From an uncultured Cellvibrionales bacterium (GTDB lineage: Bacteria > Pseudomonadota > Gammaproteobacteria > Pseudomonadales > Porticoccaceae), in NCBI GenBank assembly GCA_937920185.1, contig CALGJN010000393.1, forward strand, positions 1-34,065: 34,065 nt of DNA. Direction: 5' to 3'. Positions 9,869 to 20,457 of the stretch are shown one piece after another. The notes under the pieces are model-generated. The model saw only the letters and a list, made by a program, of their open reading frames with translations. It was not told where the DNA came from and ran no database searches. Position 1 is the stretch's first letter. Each line of letters starts with the position of its first letter. Position numbers and translations under genes: made by a program.

Positions 9869-10819
9869 TCATGGCTGCAATTGGTCCCACATTTCTCGGT
9901 CGCGCTGCGCGGTCCAAATGCGCGGCGTCTCGATGCCTCGGGCTTCGTCATAGGCACGCGCTACGTTAAAGGGTAAGCAGTGCTCATAGATCGCATAGTC
10001 GGAAAATTTATCATCGCATTCATCGCGCACCGCATCCCACGCATCCTTGAGGCTCCCGTTGCGAGCCGCAACGCGCGCAGCTGGGCGATAAGTACTGGCG
10101 ACAAAATCCCGCGTGCTCTCAATCGCCGTCGCGACCATTTCTTTACCCACTAGCGCATCACCCCGACCGGGGGCAATAGCATCGACGTCAAACGCCGCGA
10201 TGTAATCGAGGGTCTTGCCCCAACTGGAAAAGTAACCATCGCCGCAGTAACAGGCGCTACGGTATTCGACGATATCGCCGGTAAACATCACATTTTGATC
10301 GGGTACCTGAATAACGATATCGCCGGCAGTGTGCGCGCGCCCCAAATGCATTAGATCGACGCGACGTTTACCCAAATAGACGGTCATACGATCGCTAAAG
10401 GTATCCGTCGGGTAGGTTAATCCGGGAATACTCTCGTGCCCTTCAAACAACCGCGGAAAACGTTGAAATTCGCTATCCCAATCCTCCTGCCCGCGCTCCA
10501 CCACCATCGCTCGGGCCGCATCGCTCATAATAATTTGCGGCGCCTCAAACGCCGAGGCGCCAAGCACCCGCACCGCATGGTAATGAGTTAGCACTAAATG
10601 TGAAATCGGTTTATCCGTCACCTCGCGAACCTTTTCGATCACTTTATTGGCCAATCTTGGTGTCGCCTGCGCTTCGATAATCATGACGCTGTCATCACCG
10701 ATGATAACGCCGGAGTTGGGATCCCCCTCAGCAGTAAAGGCAAAGAGGCCGTCACCGACCTCGGTAAAGCTAATTTTTTTCTCTGACATATCGCCTTGTG
10801 ACGCGAAGACTTTGCTCAT
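9869..10819 (-). CDS. MBL-fold metallo-hydrolase-like protein
   Basis: THYHAVR (variant HxHxDH), HLGRAHTAGD, FTGDIVE, APGRG. Start placed at ATG 10819 (MSKVFASQGD) because the ORF-track start overlaps fahA. Confidence 0.88.
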   Translation of the reverse strand: MSKVFASQGDMSEKKISFTEVGDGLFAFTAEGDPNSGVIIGDDSVMIIEAQATPRLANKVIEKVREVTDKPISHLVLTHYHAVRVLGASAFEAPQIIMSDAARAMVVERGQEDWDSEFQRFPRLFEGHESIPGLTYPTDTFSDRMTVYLGKRRVDLMHLGRAHTAGDIVIQVPDQNVMFTGDIVEYRSACYCGDGYFSSWGKTLDYIAAFDVDAIAPGRGDALVGKEMVATAIESTRDFVASTYRPAARVAARNGSLKDAWDAVRDECDDKFSDYAIYEHCLPFNVARAYDEARGIETPRIWTAQRDREMWDQLQP

Positions 10820-10832
10820 AATAGTGGTTACC

Positions 10833-12089
10833 TTAAGGTTGATAAGGATCGTCGACAGCCGAGAGAACAGCCCCAGTACAATCGCCAAATCCAATAGTGT
10901 AGCCGTCCCCATGGGCGGCTCCAGTCAGCACGACGCTATCGCCATCCTCGAGAAAACTGCGACTCTCGCCGCTGTCTAATGCAATCGGTTCGGCACCGCC
11001 CCAACTAAGCTCGAGTAGGGCACCACGCTGATGTTTTTCGGCGCCTGAAATGGTTCCAGAACCAAGCAAATCGCCCGTTCGCATCGGACAGCCAGAACTG
11101 CTGTGATGGGCTAGTTGCTGAGCTGAGGAGTAGTACATTTCGCGGTAATTAGTGCGCGTGATGGTGGTCGCCGAGCGATCTGCAGGCGCGAGTTGAACCG
11201 CCAGATCGATGTCATAAAGCATAGGCGTGGTGTCGCGAAGATGTGCCAACAACGGAAATTCACGCTCGGGGGTAGCGCAGCGAAAGGGCTCCAACGCCGC
11301 TTTGGTAACGATCCACGGGCTGATGCTGGTGGCGGTTGCCTTGGCTTGAAACGGCCCCAGCGGCTGATATTCCCAAGCTTGAATATCCCTGGCGGACCAA
11401 TCATTTAACAACACGTAGCCAAAAATCATTTGATCGGCGCGATCGATACCGACCGGCACGTCACTATCGACGCCGACGATGGCTCCCAGTTCCAACTCAA
11501 AATCGAAGCGTGCGCTCGGCGCAAATCGAGGCTTAGTGTCATTGGGACCCTTGAGTTGGCCCCAAGGACGGCGAATGTCGGTACCCGATACCACCACCGA
11601 AGACGCGCGCCCATTATAGCCGATCGGCATGTGTAGCCAGTTTGGCGGCAAGGCATTTTCGGCACCCCGAAACATCGTTCCGACATTGGTCGCATGATGC
11701 CTGCCAGCGTAAAAATCGGTGTACTCAGCGACCTCAAACGGCAGGTGCAGCGTCGCCGAAGAATGTGCCACCAGGAGGCATTCGAGTTCGCCTTGCGCGG
11801 TACTGGAGGCATCGAGAAGTTCCAACAAGCGCCCGCGCAAGTCATGCCAGACCCGATGGCCCTTAGCCATCAATTTGTTCCAGTGGGGCTGGTCAAACAA
11901 CGCAGCGCCGCCGATATCTACGAGACCGGCCCGCTCGCAAGCGCGCAGATCGAGAATCATATCGCCGATGGCAACGCCGCAACGCGGTTCATCATCGGCT
12001 ATCGAAAATACGCCACAGGGTAAATTATTCAGCGGAAACGAACAGTCCGGATGGTTCGCTGAGGTCACCCAGCTTTGCAACAATGTCAT
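10833..12089 (-). CDS. fahA: Fumarylacetoacetase
   Basis: FPLNNLPCGVF, YTDFYAGRHHATNVG, YNGRASS, DFELELG, NDWSARDIQAWEYQPLGPF, GDLLGSGTISG. Confidence 0.96.
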   Translation of the reverse strand: MTLLQSWVTSANHPDCSFPLNNLPCGVFSIADDEPRCGVAIGDMILDLRACERAGLVDIGGAALFDQPHWNKLMAKGHRVWHDLRGRLLELLDASSTAQGELECLLVAHSSATLHLPFEVAEYTDFYAGRHHATNVGTMFRGAENALPPNWLHMPIGYNGRASSVVVSGTDIRRPWGQLKGPNDTKPRFAPSARFDFELELGAIVGVDSDVPVGIDRADQMIFGYVLLNDWSARDIQAWEYQPLGPFQAKATATSISPWIVTKAALEPFRCATPEREFPLLAHLRDTTPMLYDIDLAVQLAPADRSATTITRTNYREMYYSSAQQLAHHSSSGCPMRTGDLLGSGTISGAEKHQRGALLELSWGGAEPIALDSGESRSFLEDGDSVVLTGAAHGDGYTIGFGDCTGAVLSAVDDPYQP

Positions 12090-12133
12090 AGGAGCCTCCT
12101 GATGCTTAAGTTAGTCGTCAATATATTGAACCG

Positions 12134-13495
12134 TCATTTGGTACCCGGTGTACCATCAAATTTCTTTTCCAAGTCACGCCAACACCCGCTGTAGTCGTCC
12201 TGCAACGGCGCTTCCTCCGCGGCAAACCGGGTCAGGTGCTGGGGAAAGCGCGTTTCAAACATAAACGACAGGGTGTTTTCGAGCTTTTGTGGGGTTAATG
12301 CTTGCGTCGAAGCACCTTCAAAGGCATTTTTATCCGGCCCATGCGGGAGCATCATATTATGCAAACTCATACCGCCGGGCACAAAACCCTGAGGCTTTGC
12401 ATCGTACTGACCACGGATATTACCCATCAGTTCCGACATCACATTGCGGTGGTACCAGGGCGGGCGAAAGGTGTCTTCGGCCACCAGCCAGCGATCACTG
12501 AACAGGACAAAGTCTATATTTGCCGTCCCCTCGATCCCCGACGGCGCAGTCAGCACGGTAAAAATGGACGGGTCCGGGTGATCGAATAAGACCGCGCCAA
12601 TTGGGCAGTAACTGCTCAAGTCATACTTGTAGGGCGCATAGTTGCCGTGCCAAGCCACGACGTCTAACGGACTATGGTCAATCGCGGTTTGATAGAACTG
12701 GCCACACCACTTGACGGTCACCGTGGAGGCTATATCGCGGTCTTCAAATGCGGCTACCGGCACTTTAAAGTCGCGCCTATTGGCCATACAGTTGGCACCG
12801 ATCGGGCCACGCTCAGGTAAATTGAATTTTTGGCCATAATTTTCACAGATAAAGCCCCGAGCAGGCCCCTCCAGTACTTCGACCCGATAGAGCAGTCCGC
12901 GCGGAATAATGCCAATCTCTGAAGGTGCTAGATCGATAATCCCAAGCTCAGTGACAAAGCGTAATCGGCCCTCTTGAGGCACCACTAAAAGCTCTGAATC
13001 GGCTGAATAAAAATACGCATCATGCATCGAATGGTTGACCAAATAAATGTGGCTCGCCATGCCAACCTGGGTGTTTATATCGCCTGCAGTGGTCATGGTG
13101 CGCATGCCGGTCAGCCACGTCAGCGCCTGCTCCGCATGCGGCAAGGGATCCCAACGATACTGGCCGAGACTAATGAAACTGTGGTCAATCCGCGGGGCGC
13201 TTTGCCAATAGGGCAATTCAACTCTCTCAAAAGCCTGCATGTGTTTGACCGAGGGCCGGATGCGGTAACACCAAGTGCGCTCGTTGCTGCCACTGGGAGC
13301 GGTAAAGGCGCTGCCTGAAAGTTGCTCCGCATAGAGCCCATAATTGCATTTTTGTGGGCTATTCCTGCCCTGTGGCAAGGCATCTGGTAGCGCCTCGGTC
13401 TGAAAGTCATTACAGAATCCAGACATGTAGCGCAATGGCGATTGCTGTGCGTCACTGGTGTCGATTGTCTGCGGTGAATCTGCCTGCTGGGTCAT
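12134..13495 (-). CDS. hmgA: Homogentisate 1,2-dioxygenase
   Basis: [63 protein letters not shown]. Confidence 0.98.
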   Translation of the reverse strand: MTQQADSPQTIDTSDAQQSPLRYMSGFCNDFQTEALPDALPQGRNSPQKCNYGLYAEQLSGSAFTAPSGSNERTWCYRIRPSVKHMQAFERVELPYWQSAPRIDHSFISLGQYRWDPLPHAEQALTWLTGMRTMTTAGDINTQVGMASHIYLVNHSMHDAYFYSADSELLVVPQEGRLRFVTELGIIDLAPSEIGIIPRGLLYRVEVLEGPARGFICENYGQKFNLPERGPIGANCMANRRDFKVPVAAFEDRDIASTVTVKWCGQFYQTAIDHSPLDVVAWHGNYAPYKYDLSSYCPIGAVLFDHPDPSIFTVLTAPSGIEGTANIDFVLFSDRWLVAEDTFRPPWYHRNVMSELMGNIRGQYDAKPQGFVPGGMSLHNMMLPHGPDKNAFEGASTQALTPQKLENTLSFMFETRFPQHLTRFAAEEAPLQDDYSGCWRDLEKKFDGTPGTK

Positions 13496-13575
13496 TCATT
13501 GAGCCTCGTTTCACGGGTTGATGTCGAAGACGGCAAAATAAATATTGTCTTTGAATGGGTTTCGCCTTAGTGTAA

Positions 13576-13593
13576 TAGTTACTTATGTAACTA
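13576..13593. promoter_or_regulatory. Probable operator of the MarR regulator: TAGTTAC-N4-GTAACTA
   Basis: Perfect 7-4-7 palindrome in the 118-bp divergent hmgA/marR spacer. Confidence 0.7.
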
Positions 13594-13613
13594 ACAAGGC
13601 GCAAGCAACGGTT

Positions 13614-14081
13614 ATGTCCGACTCCAACAATTTTGATCTGCAAGCATTTTTACCCTACCTGCTAAATCAGGCGGCCGAGGCGAGTAGCCTGTCGTTCCAA
13701 CGCGTCTATCAAGAGCGCTACGGTATGCTACGCGGCGAGTGGCGGGTACTATTTCATCTCGGCATTTTTGGACAAATGACGGCGCGTGATATCGGCCTGC
13801 GGGGGAAAATACACAAAACCAAAATTAGCCGTGCGGTGCAAAAGTTGGCTGAGAAACGTTTTATCAAACGCCAGCGCAATGCCGACGACCGACGCCAAGA
13901 AACTTTGCAATTAACCGTCAGCGGTCGTGCTGCCTACCTCGAATTACGTAAAACGGCCGAGCACTACCAAACCGATCTGAGCGCAGAATTCAGTGCAGAA
14001 GAATTTGCCCTACTGCAAACTATGCTCAAGCGTCTAATAAAACCCTGCGCGCAATCGCCACAACAGCGCCCGTTGACCTGA
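13614..14081 (+). CDS. MarR-family transcriptional regulator of the hmg operon
   Basis: FDLQAFLPYLL, EWRVLFHLG, KTKISRAV, DDRRQETLQLT winged helix; ATG 13614 preferred; divergent from hmgA. Confidence 0.9.
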   Translation: MSDSNNFDLQAFLPYLLNQAAEASSLSFQRVYQERYGMLRGEWRVLFHLGIFGQMTARDIGLRGKIHKTKISRAVQKLAEKRFIKRQRNADDRRQETLQLTVSGRAAYLELRKTAEHYQTDLSAEFSAEEFALLQTMLKRLIKPCAQSPQQRPLT

Positions 14082-14221
14082 TCAGTCGCGCCAAATACCT
14101 CGATTGCCAATCACTCAAAATAGCGATTTGATGCGCCAAAGGTGTTTAGTACTTCGTTAGGCTGTAAAATGAATGCGCAGCAGATTTATTTCTTTCACAA
14201 AAAATCACCGGTGACATCCAC

Positions 14222-14839
14222 ATGCCCATCTATGCGATAGAAAATCTTATTCCCGTCGTCGCCGACAATGCCTTTATTCACCCTACGGCAGTGCTGATCG
14301 GCGACGTGATCATCGGCCCACAGTGCTATGTTGGCCCAAATGCCGTATTGCGCGGCGACTTCGGTCGTATCCACTTGCATCAGGGCAGTAATATTCAAGA
14401 CAACTGCGTAATGCACAGTTTTCCCGGCCAAGACTGCACGGTCGAGACGAATGGTCATATCGGCCATGGCGCCATACTGCACGGTTGCCTGATAGGCACC
14501 AACAGCTTGGTCGGTATGCTAGCGGTAATAATGGATGGCGCGGTGATCGGCGAAGAGTCTCTGGTTGGCGCAACCGCTTTTGTTAAAACTGACTTTAGCT
14601 GCCCAGCGCGTAGCATGGTGACTGGAAATCCAGCCCAGATTCGGCGTCAACTCAGCGACAAAGAGGTTGCTTGGAAAACCCGCGGAACGGAGGAATACCA
14701 AGCATTAGCGCGCCGTAGTCTGGCAACTTTGCGCACCGTCAAACCATTGACTGAAGCGCAAGCCGATCGCCCACGTTTCACCCATAGCACTCATCAGCCA
14801 AAGCGCTCATCGGCCAAAGAACCCAACACAGAATCTTAA
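14222..14839 (+). CDS. paaY: PaaY, hexapeptide-repeat (gamma-carbonic-anhydrase-like) thioesterase
   Basis: [55 protein letters not shown]. Confidence 0.9.
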   Translation: MPIYAIENLIPVVADNAFIHPTAVLIGDVIIGPQCYVGPNAVLRGDFGRIHLHQGSNIQDNCVMHSFPGQDCTVETNGHIGHGAILHGCLIGTNSLVGMLAVIMDGAVIGEESLVGATAFVKTDFSCPARSMVTGNPAQIRRQLSDKEVAWKTRGTEEYQALARRSLATLRTVKPLTEAQADRPRFTHSTHQPKRSSAKEPNTES

Positions 14840-15018
14840 CGGCAGTCGCCTCCTTTGACGAACAGTATGGCTAGCGCCGAACGGCTGTTCTGATAATTAA
14901 GGGTCGCCACCCAATAGATTAAATTCCAGCTCTGCGACGCGCTTAAAAAACGTTGCATATAAAGCAAAAAATCAGCGGTGTTGACACCCAAACAAAAAGT
15001 CCACCGCCATTGACGGTA

Positions 15019-15924
15019 TTATCCCTCGGCGTGCTCCAGCGCCAAACCTGTGCGCGACCCATTCGCGCGGTTAAGCTGCTGGCATACCCAGTGGCCCACC
15101 GCGATCAATCGATGCAAATCGACACCGTGCTCGATCCCGGCGCCATCGAGCATATACACCAGATCCTCGGTGGCGACATTGCCCGAAGCGCCTTTCGCAT
15201 AGGGACAACCACCGAGACCCGCTACCGAACTATCGATCACCGCAATGCCCATCTGCAGCGCAATCAGTATGTTGGCCAGCGCCTGGCCATAGGTATCGTG
15301 GAAATGCACCGCGAGCTTGTCAACCGGTATTGAGTGCGCTAGGTGGGCCAGCAGCGCCTCTGTCGAGGCGGCGGTTCCGACCCCTATGGTGTCGCCCAAA
15401 GAAACCTCGTAGCAGCCCATCGCCAGCAGTTGTTCGGTCACCGAAAGCACCGCATCAGCGCTGACGACGCCGTCATAGGGGCAACCTAACACGCATGATA
15501 GATAGCCGCGCACTTGGATACCGCTCGCCTGTGCCTGCGCCACCACTGGCGCAAAGCGCTGCAGGCTCTGAGCAATCGAGCAATTGATATTTTTCTGGCT
15601 AAAACTTTCCGATGCGGCTGCAAACACCGCAACCTCGCCAACACCGCAGGCGGTCGCCCGTTGCAACCCCTGCATATTTGGCGTCAGCGCTGCATAAGTG
15701 GTCTCGTTTGATCGCACCAAACGTTCAAAAACCTGATCGCTACCGGCCATCTGTGGCACCCATTTCGGGCTCACAAAACTGCCGACCTCGATATAACCCA
15801 GCCCGGCAGCGACCAATCGATCCACCAATTCGACCCGCGTCGCCACCGACAAAGCTGCAATTTCATTTTGCAGGCCATCGCGAGGACCGACCTCGACGAT
15901 CCGCACAGATTTTGGATAGCTCAT
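15019..15924 (-). CDS. liuE: Hydroxymethylglutaryl-CoA lyase
   Basis: EVGPRDGLQNE, SFVSPKWVPQMA, HFHDTYGQA, GLGGCPYAKGASGNVATED. Confidence 0.95.
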   Translation of the reverse strand: MSYPKSVRIVEVGPRDGLQNEIAALSVATRVELVDRLVAAGLGYIEVGSFVSPKWVPQMAGSDQVFERLVRSNETTYAALTPNMQGLQRATACGVGEVAVFAAASESFSQKNINCSIAQSLQRFAPVVAQAQASGIQVRGYLSCVLGCPYDGVVSADAVLSVTEQLLAMGCYEVSLGDTIGVGTAASTEALLAHLAHSIPVDKLAVHFHDTYGQALANILIALQMGIAVIDSSVAGLGGCPYAKGASGNVATEDLVYMLDGAGIEHGVDLHRLIAVGHWVCQQLNRANGSRTGLALEHAEG

Positions 15925-17831
15925 TAGGTCGGCTCAAACATCAGTAAAATCTCGCCACCCTCGACGCGATCACCCTCGATAAAATAAAATTCACGCACAG
16001 CCCCGTCGCAAGGCGCGACCATCGCGTGTTCCATTTTCATGGCCTCTATCACCAACAATGTATCGCCGGCCTTGACCGCCGCGCCAGGCTCACACAGCAA
16101 CGAGATTAGCGTGCCATTCATCGGCGCATTAAACGACTCGGTAGTCGCCGCGGCCCGATCGCAGCCAAAATCTGGCGGCACCTCGGCGCAGCGAAAAAAA
16201 CCGTCTGGAGTGAGCAAATCGAAGCCGGCGGCGGTGGTGATCGATTGCGCCGGCGTCAGATCAATGGCCTCGGCGACCGCAACACTGCGTTGCTGACCCT
16301 GCACCTGAACTTGTAATGGCGGCTCGGGCAGTCCCCAACCACAGGTTGAATACCACGGCGAGTTGGGTTCCCATGAACGCTCTGCGGCACGACGTGACTG
16401 CTCCGCACGCCGTCTTATCAGCACTGCAGCGGCAAGTGGCGCGGCGTAGTCGATGTCTAGCGAGCGACGGCGAAAAATTTCATCGCTGTGCTGATCTATA
16501 AAGCCGGTATTAACCTCGCCGGCGCGGAATGCCCGACTACTAGCGAGGTTGTAAAGAAAGCCGACGTTGGTGCTCACGCCGCCGACGCGGTAATCGCCAA
16601 GCGCGCGCTGCAAACGCGCCAGCGCCCGTTCGCGATCACTGTCCCAAACGATTAGTTTGGCGATCATCGGATCGTAGTAGATACTCACTTCGTCGCCTTC
16701 GACAACCCCGCTATCGATCCGCACATGAGGGCTCTCGGTGGGCGTCAACAATTGCTCTAGGCGACCACTAGCGGGCATAAAGTCGCGCTCTGGGTCCTCG
16801 GCGTAAATACGCGCCTCAAAGGCGTGGCCATCGATCTGTAAATCCTGTTGCGCGCAGGGTAACGGCTCACCCGCCGCCACCCGCAATTGCCATTCGACCA
16901 AGTCCTGGCCGGTGATCATTTCGGTCACCGGATGTTCGACCTGCAGACGGGTGTTCATTTCCATAAAAAAGAATGCCCCCCGCTGATCGAGTAAAAACTC
17001 CACGGTGCCGGCTCCGCGATAGTCGATCGCCCGCGCCGCAGCAATCGCCGCCGCGCCCATGCGCTCGCGTATATCGGCTGCAAGGCCCGGCGCTGGCGCC
17101 TCCTCGATGACCTTTTGATGGCGCCGCTGCACCGAACAATCGCGCTCAAAAAGATGTACAGCGCCGTCCTGCGCATCGCAGAATACCTGAATTTCTATGT
17201 GCCGCGGTTGCATGAGGTATTTTTCGATGAGCATACGGTTGTCGTTAAAACTCGCCTGCGCCTCGCGCATGGCTGACGCCAATGCAGCGTCGAACTCGCC
17301 CTCATCGACAACCGTGCGCATGCCCTTGCCGCCGCCGCCGGCAGCCGCCTTGAGGAGTACCGGATAGCCAATCTCGGCCGCGGCGCGTTTTAGCACTTCG
17401 GGATCTTGGTCGTCACCGTGATAACCCGGTACTGTGGCAACGTCGGCCGCCGCCATCAGTGTCTTAGCGGTCGACTTACAGCCCATGGCGGCGATCGCCT
17501 CCGCCGGTGGGCCGATAAATACCAAACCAGCCGCCGCGCAGCGACCGCACAAATCGGCATTTTCAGAGAGAAACCCATAGCCCGGGTGAATCGCCTCGGC
17601 ACCGGACTCGAGCGCCGCCTGAATTATTTTATCAACCACCAGATAAGAATCCCGCGCCGGCGAAGGACCTATGTAAAAGGATTCATCGGCTATTGCAACA
17701 TGCTGGGCATGGCGGTCGGCGTCGCTATAGACGGCGACGGTCGTAATGCCCATCGATCGAGCGGTGCGAATAATGCGGCAGGCAATCTCGCCGCGATTGG
17801 CAATCAGTATTTTGTTAAACATCGCCACCAT
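15924..17831 (-). CDS. liuD: 3-methylcrotonyl-CoA carboxylase alpha subunit (biotin carboxylase + BCCP)
   Basis: ANRGEIA, HPGYGFLSEN, GGGGKGMR, EMNTRLQVEHPVTE, EAMKME biotinylation motif; liu context. Confidence 0.92.
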   Translation of the reverse strand: MVAMFNKILIANRGEIACRIIRTARSMGITTVAVYSDADRHAQHVAIADESFYIGPSPARDSYLVVDKIIQAALESGAEAIHPGYGFLSENADLCGRCAAAGLVFIGPPAEAIAAMGCKSTAKTLMAAADVATVPGYHGDDQDPEVLKRAAAEIGYPVLLKAAAGGGGKGMRTVVDEGEFDAALASAMREAQASFNDNRMLIEKYLMQPRHIEIQVFCDAQDGAVHLFERDCSVQRRHQKVIEEAPAPGLAADIRERMGAAAIAAARAIDYRGAGTVEFLLDQRGAFFFMEMNTRLQVEHPVTEMITGQDLVEWQLRVAAGEPLPCAQQDLQIDGHAFEARIYAEDPERDFMPASGRLEQLLTPTESPHVRIDSGVVEGDEVSIYYDPMIAKLIVWDSDRERALARLQRALGDYRVGGVSTNVGFLYNLASSRAFRAGEVNTGFIDQHSDEIFRRRSLDIDYAAPLAAAVLIRRRAEQSRRAAERSWEPNSPWYSTCGWGLPEPPLQVQVQGQQRSVAVAEAIDLTPAQSITTAAGFDLLTPDGFFRCAEVPPDFGCDRAAATTESFNAPMNGTLISLLCEPGAAVKAGDTLLVIEAMKMEHAMVAPCDGAVREFYFIEGDRVEGGEILLMFEPT

Positions 17832-18616
17832 TACTCCCCACGCCAGTCGGGTCGGCGCTTTTCTAAAAATGCCGCGAGACCCTCGCGACCCTGTTGGCTA
17901 ACGCGAATATCGGCAATGGTGGAGCAGGTCTCAGCGATCAACTCGCCATCGATCAGCCTGCCACTCAAGTCGCCCACCAACTGCTTGGCGGCCATCACCG
18001 CCTCGGGGCCATTAGCCAACAACGCATCGACCATCGCATCGACCTGACGATCCAACTCATCGCTATCGACGACCTCGCTGACCAACCCCAACTGCGCCGC
18101 CCGCTGCGCATCGAAAGGCTCAGCGGTGGTGAAATAACGCCGCGCCGCCCGCTCGCCGATAGCGGCCACTACATAGGGGCCGATGGTTGCAGGTATTAAT
18201 CCGATCTTGACCTCACTCAGACAAAAGCGAGCAGAACGTGCCGCCACTGCCATATCGCAACAGCTTACAAGGCCCACAGCACCGCCATAAGCGGCGCCCT
18301 GCACTCGCGCTATGGTCGGCTGCGGCACCTGCGACAGGTTGGCCAGCATGTTCGCCAAGGCCTCGGCATCGCGCAAATTTTCAGCGTGGCTGTACTCGGC
18401 CATGCGCGCCATCCAAGCGAGATCAGCGCCGGCAGAAAAGCTCTTACCACGGGACGCCAAAACCATCACCCGAACGCCTGTATCGGCGGCGATCGCCGTA
18501 AATGCCGCGTTCAATTGCTCGATGCTGTGGTCGTCAAAAGCGTTATGTTTGGTTGGATTATTCAACCAAACTGTGGCCACGCCGCGGCTGTCGGTTATCC
18601 AGGTGACTTTGTCCAT
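17831..18616 (-). CDS. liuC: Methylglutaconyl-CoA hydratase
   Basis: KHNAFDD, SFSAGADLAWM, GAAYGGAVGLV, LSEVKIGLIPA. ATG 18616 preferred; TTG 18628 abuts the AGGAG SD. Confidence 0.9.
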   Translation of the reverse strand: MDKVTWITDSRGVATVWLNNPTKHNAFDDHSIEQLNAAFTAIAADTGVRVMVLASRGKSFSAGADLAWMARMAEYSHAENLRDAEALANMLANLSQVPQPTIARVQGAAYGGAVGLVSCCDMAVAARSARFCLSEVKIGLIPATIGPYVVAAIGERAARRYFTTAEPFDAQRAAQLGLVSEVVDSDELDRQVDAMVDALLANGPEAVMAAKQLVGDLSGRLIDGELIAETCSTIADIRVSQQGREGLAAFLEKRRPDWRGE

Positions 18617-18673
18617 CGTTGTGCTCAACTCCTGTGAAACTGGTATTAATCGGTGCCGCTATTGAGTCTGTGC

Positions 18674-18743
18674 ACGCTATTCCCATGGGCCTATTCTCAA
18701 TGGCCTATTCTCAATGGCCTATTTTCGACAACCTATCCTAGAC
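18674..18743. repeat. Decaying 14-bp tandem repeat (GGCCTATTCTCAAT), 2 perfect plus about 3 degenerate units
   Basis: Perfect units at 18688-18701 and 18702-18715, degenerate units on both sides; in the liuB-liuC spacer. Confidence 0.8.
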
Positions 18744-18839
18744 AACTCACCGCTGAAAACCTTGCAGTGCAAACCTAGCGTTAAAAATATGGCTGTGACA
18801 CGCGCCATCCACCGCGTGCCGCGCGATCCAGTGCATCCA

Positions 18840-20447
18840 TCACATTCTGAAAATACCAAACTTGGTCTCGCCGATCGGTCGGTTATAACTCGCCGAAATC
18901 GCCAAACCCAAAACCATGCGGGTGTCGGCGGGGTCGATCACACCATCGTCCCAAAGCCGCGCCGAGGCATAGTAAGGGTGTCCCTGATGCTCGTAGTCGT
19001 CGACGATCGGCCGCCTGAAAAGCGCCTCTTGTTCGGTGCTCCATTGGTTACCATCGCGCTCGTGTTTGTCGCGCGTTACCTGCGCCAAAACCGCCGCTGC
19101 CTGCTCGCCGCCCATCACCGAAATACGCGCGTTGGGCCACATAAATAAAAATCGTGGATCATAGGCACGACCGCACATGCCGTAATTGCCAGCGCCAAAC
19201 GAGCCGCCGATCAACAGCGTAAACTTGGGTACATTGGCGGTCGCTACTGCGGTCACCATCTTCGCGCCATGCTTGGCAATACCGGAGTTTTCGTATTGCT
19301 TACCAACCATAAAACCGCTGATGTTTTGTAAAAACACCAGTGGGATTTTGCGCTGCGCGCAGAGTTCGACAAAGTGCGCGCCCTTCTGCGCCGACTCGCC
19401 AAACAGAATGCCGTTATTGGCGACAATGCCCACTGGATAACCCAAGATGCGCGCAAACCCACACACCAAAGTGGTGCCGAAGAGAGCCTTAAATTCGTCC
19501 AGTTCAGAGCCATCGACGATCCGCGTGATCACCTCGCGCACATCGTAGGCGACCCGCGCATCGGCCGGCACCACGCCGTATATTTCACGCGGCGAGTAGA
19601 GCGGTTCGCGCGCCTCGCGGATGTCGCCCTGCGCAACCTTTACCCGATTGAGACGGGCGACGGCGCGGCGCACCAAATCCAGCGCATGTCTGTCATTGTT
19701 AGCGAGGTGATCAGCCACGCCCGAGGTTCGGCAGTGGACGTCGGCGCCGCCCAGTTCCTCGGCGCTAACCACTTCGCCGGTGGCCGCCTTTACCAGCGGT
19801 GGTCCTGCGAGAAAAATCGTGCCCTGCTCGGCAACGATAATCGACTCGTCGGCCATGGCAGGCACATAGGCCCCTCCGGCGGTACACGAACCCATCACTG
19901 CAGCGATCTGCGGTATATTTTGCGCCGACATATTGGCTTGATTAAAGAAAATGCGACCAAAGTGCTCGCGGTCGGGAAACACCTCATCCTGACGCGGCAG
20001 GTTGGCCCCGCCCGAATCAACCAGATAAATACAAGGTAGGTGATTTTCGGCGGCGATGGCCTGAGCGCGCAGGTGTTTTTTTACCGTCAGTGGGTAATAA
20101 CTGCCGCCCTTGACGGTGGCATCATTAGCGACGATCAGACATTCCAACCCGCTCACTCGACCAATGCCGGTGATGATACCCGCCGCCGGCACGTCTTCGC
20201 CATAGACCTGATGGGCTGCCAGCGCCGAAAATTCTAAAAACGGCGAACCCGGATCGAGCAGCGCTCGAATCCGCTGCCGCACCAGTAACTTGCCGCGACC
20301 GACGTGCCGTTCGCACGCGGCGGTGCCACCACCGCGAGCGATCGCTTCGAGGGTGCTGCGCAAATCATCGACTCGCGTTGCCATTGCCGCGGTGTTGGCG
20401 GCGAATTCGCCGCTGCGGGTATTCAGTTTGGATTGAATAATGGTCAT
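18840..20447 (-). CDS. liuB: 3-methylcrotonyl-CoA carboxylase beta subunit
   Basis: [57 protein letters not shown]; start ATG 20447 (MTIIQS). Confidence 0.95.
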   Translation of the reverse strand: MTIIQSKLNTRSGEFAANTAAMATRVDDLRSTLEAIARGGGTAACERHVGRGKLLVRQRIRALLDPGSPFLEFSALAAHQVYGEDVPAAGIITGIGRVSGLECLIVANDATVKGGSYYPLTVKKHLRAQAIAAENHLPCIYLVDSGGANLPRQDEVFPDREHFGRIFFNQANMSAQNIPQIAAVMGSCTAGGAYVPAMADESIIVAEQGTIFLAGPPLVKAATGEVVSAEELGGADVHCRTSGVADHLANNDRHALDLVRRAVARLNRVKVAQGDIREAREPLYSPREIYGVVPADARVAYDVREVITRIVDGSELDEFKALFGTTLVCGFARILGYPVGIVANNGILFGESAQKGAHFVELCAQRKIPLVFLQNISGFMVGKQYENSGIAKHGAKMVTAVATANVPKFTLLIGGSFGAGNYGMCGRAYDPRFLFMWPNARISVMGGEQAAAVLAQVTRDKHERDGNQWSTEQEALFRRPIVDDYEHQGHPYYASARLWDDGVIDPADTRMVLGLAISASYNRPIGETKFGIFRM

Positions 20448-20457
20448 GGGCGACTCG

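Noticed and set aside
9869-10819. Metallo-beta-lactamase resistance gene
   Set aside because: It lacks the HxHxDH Asp/His and a signal peptide, and sits in a catabolic operon.
16140-16340. Apparently short linker domain in LiuD
   Set aside because: The region is variable among homologues, the frame and all catalytic motifs are intact, and it cannot be judged without an alignment.
17406-20039. Long plus-strand ORFs (213, 144 and 221 aa)
   Set aside because: They are antisense shadows of the GC-rich liu genes with no family motifs.
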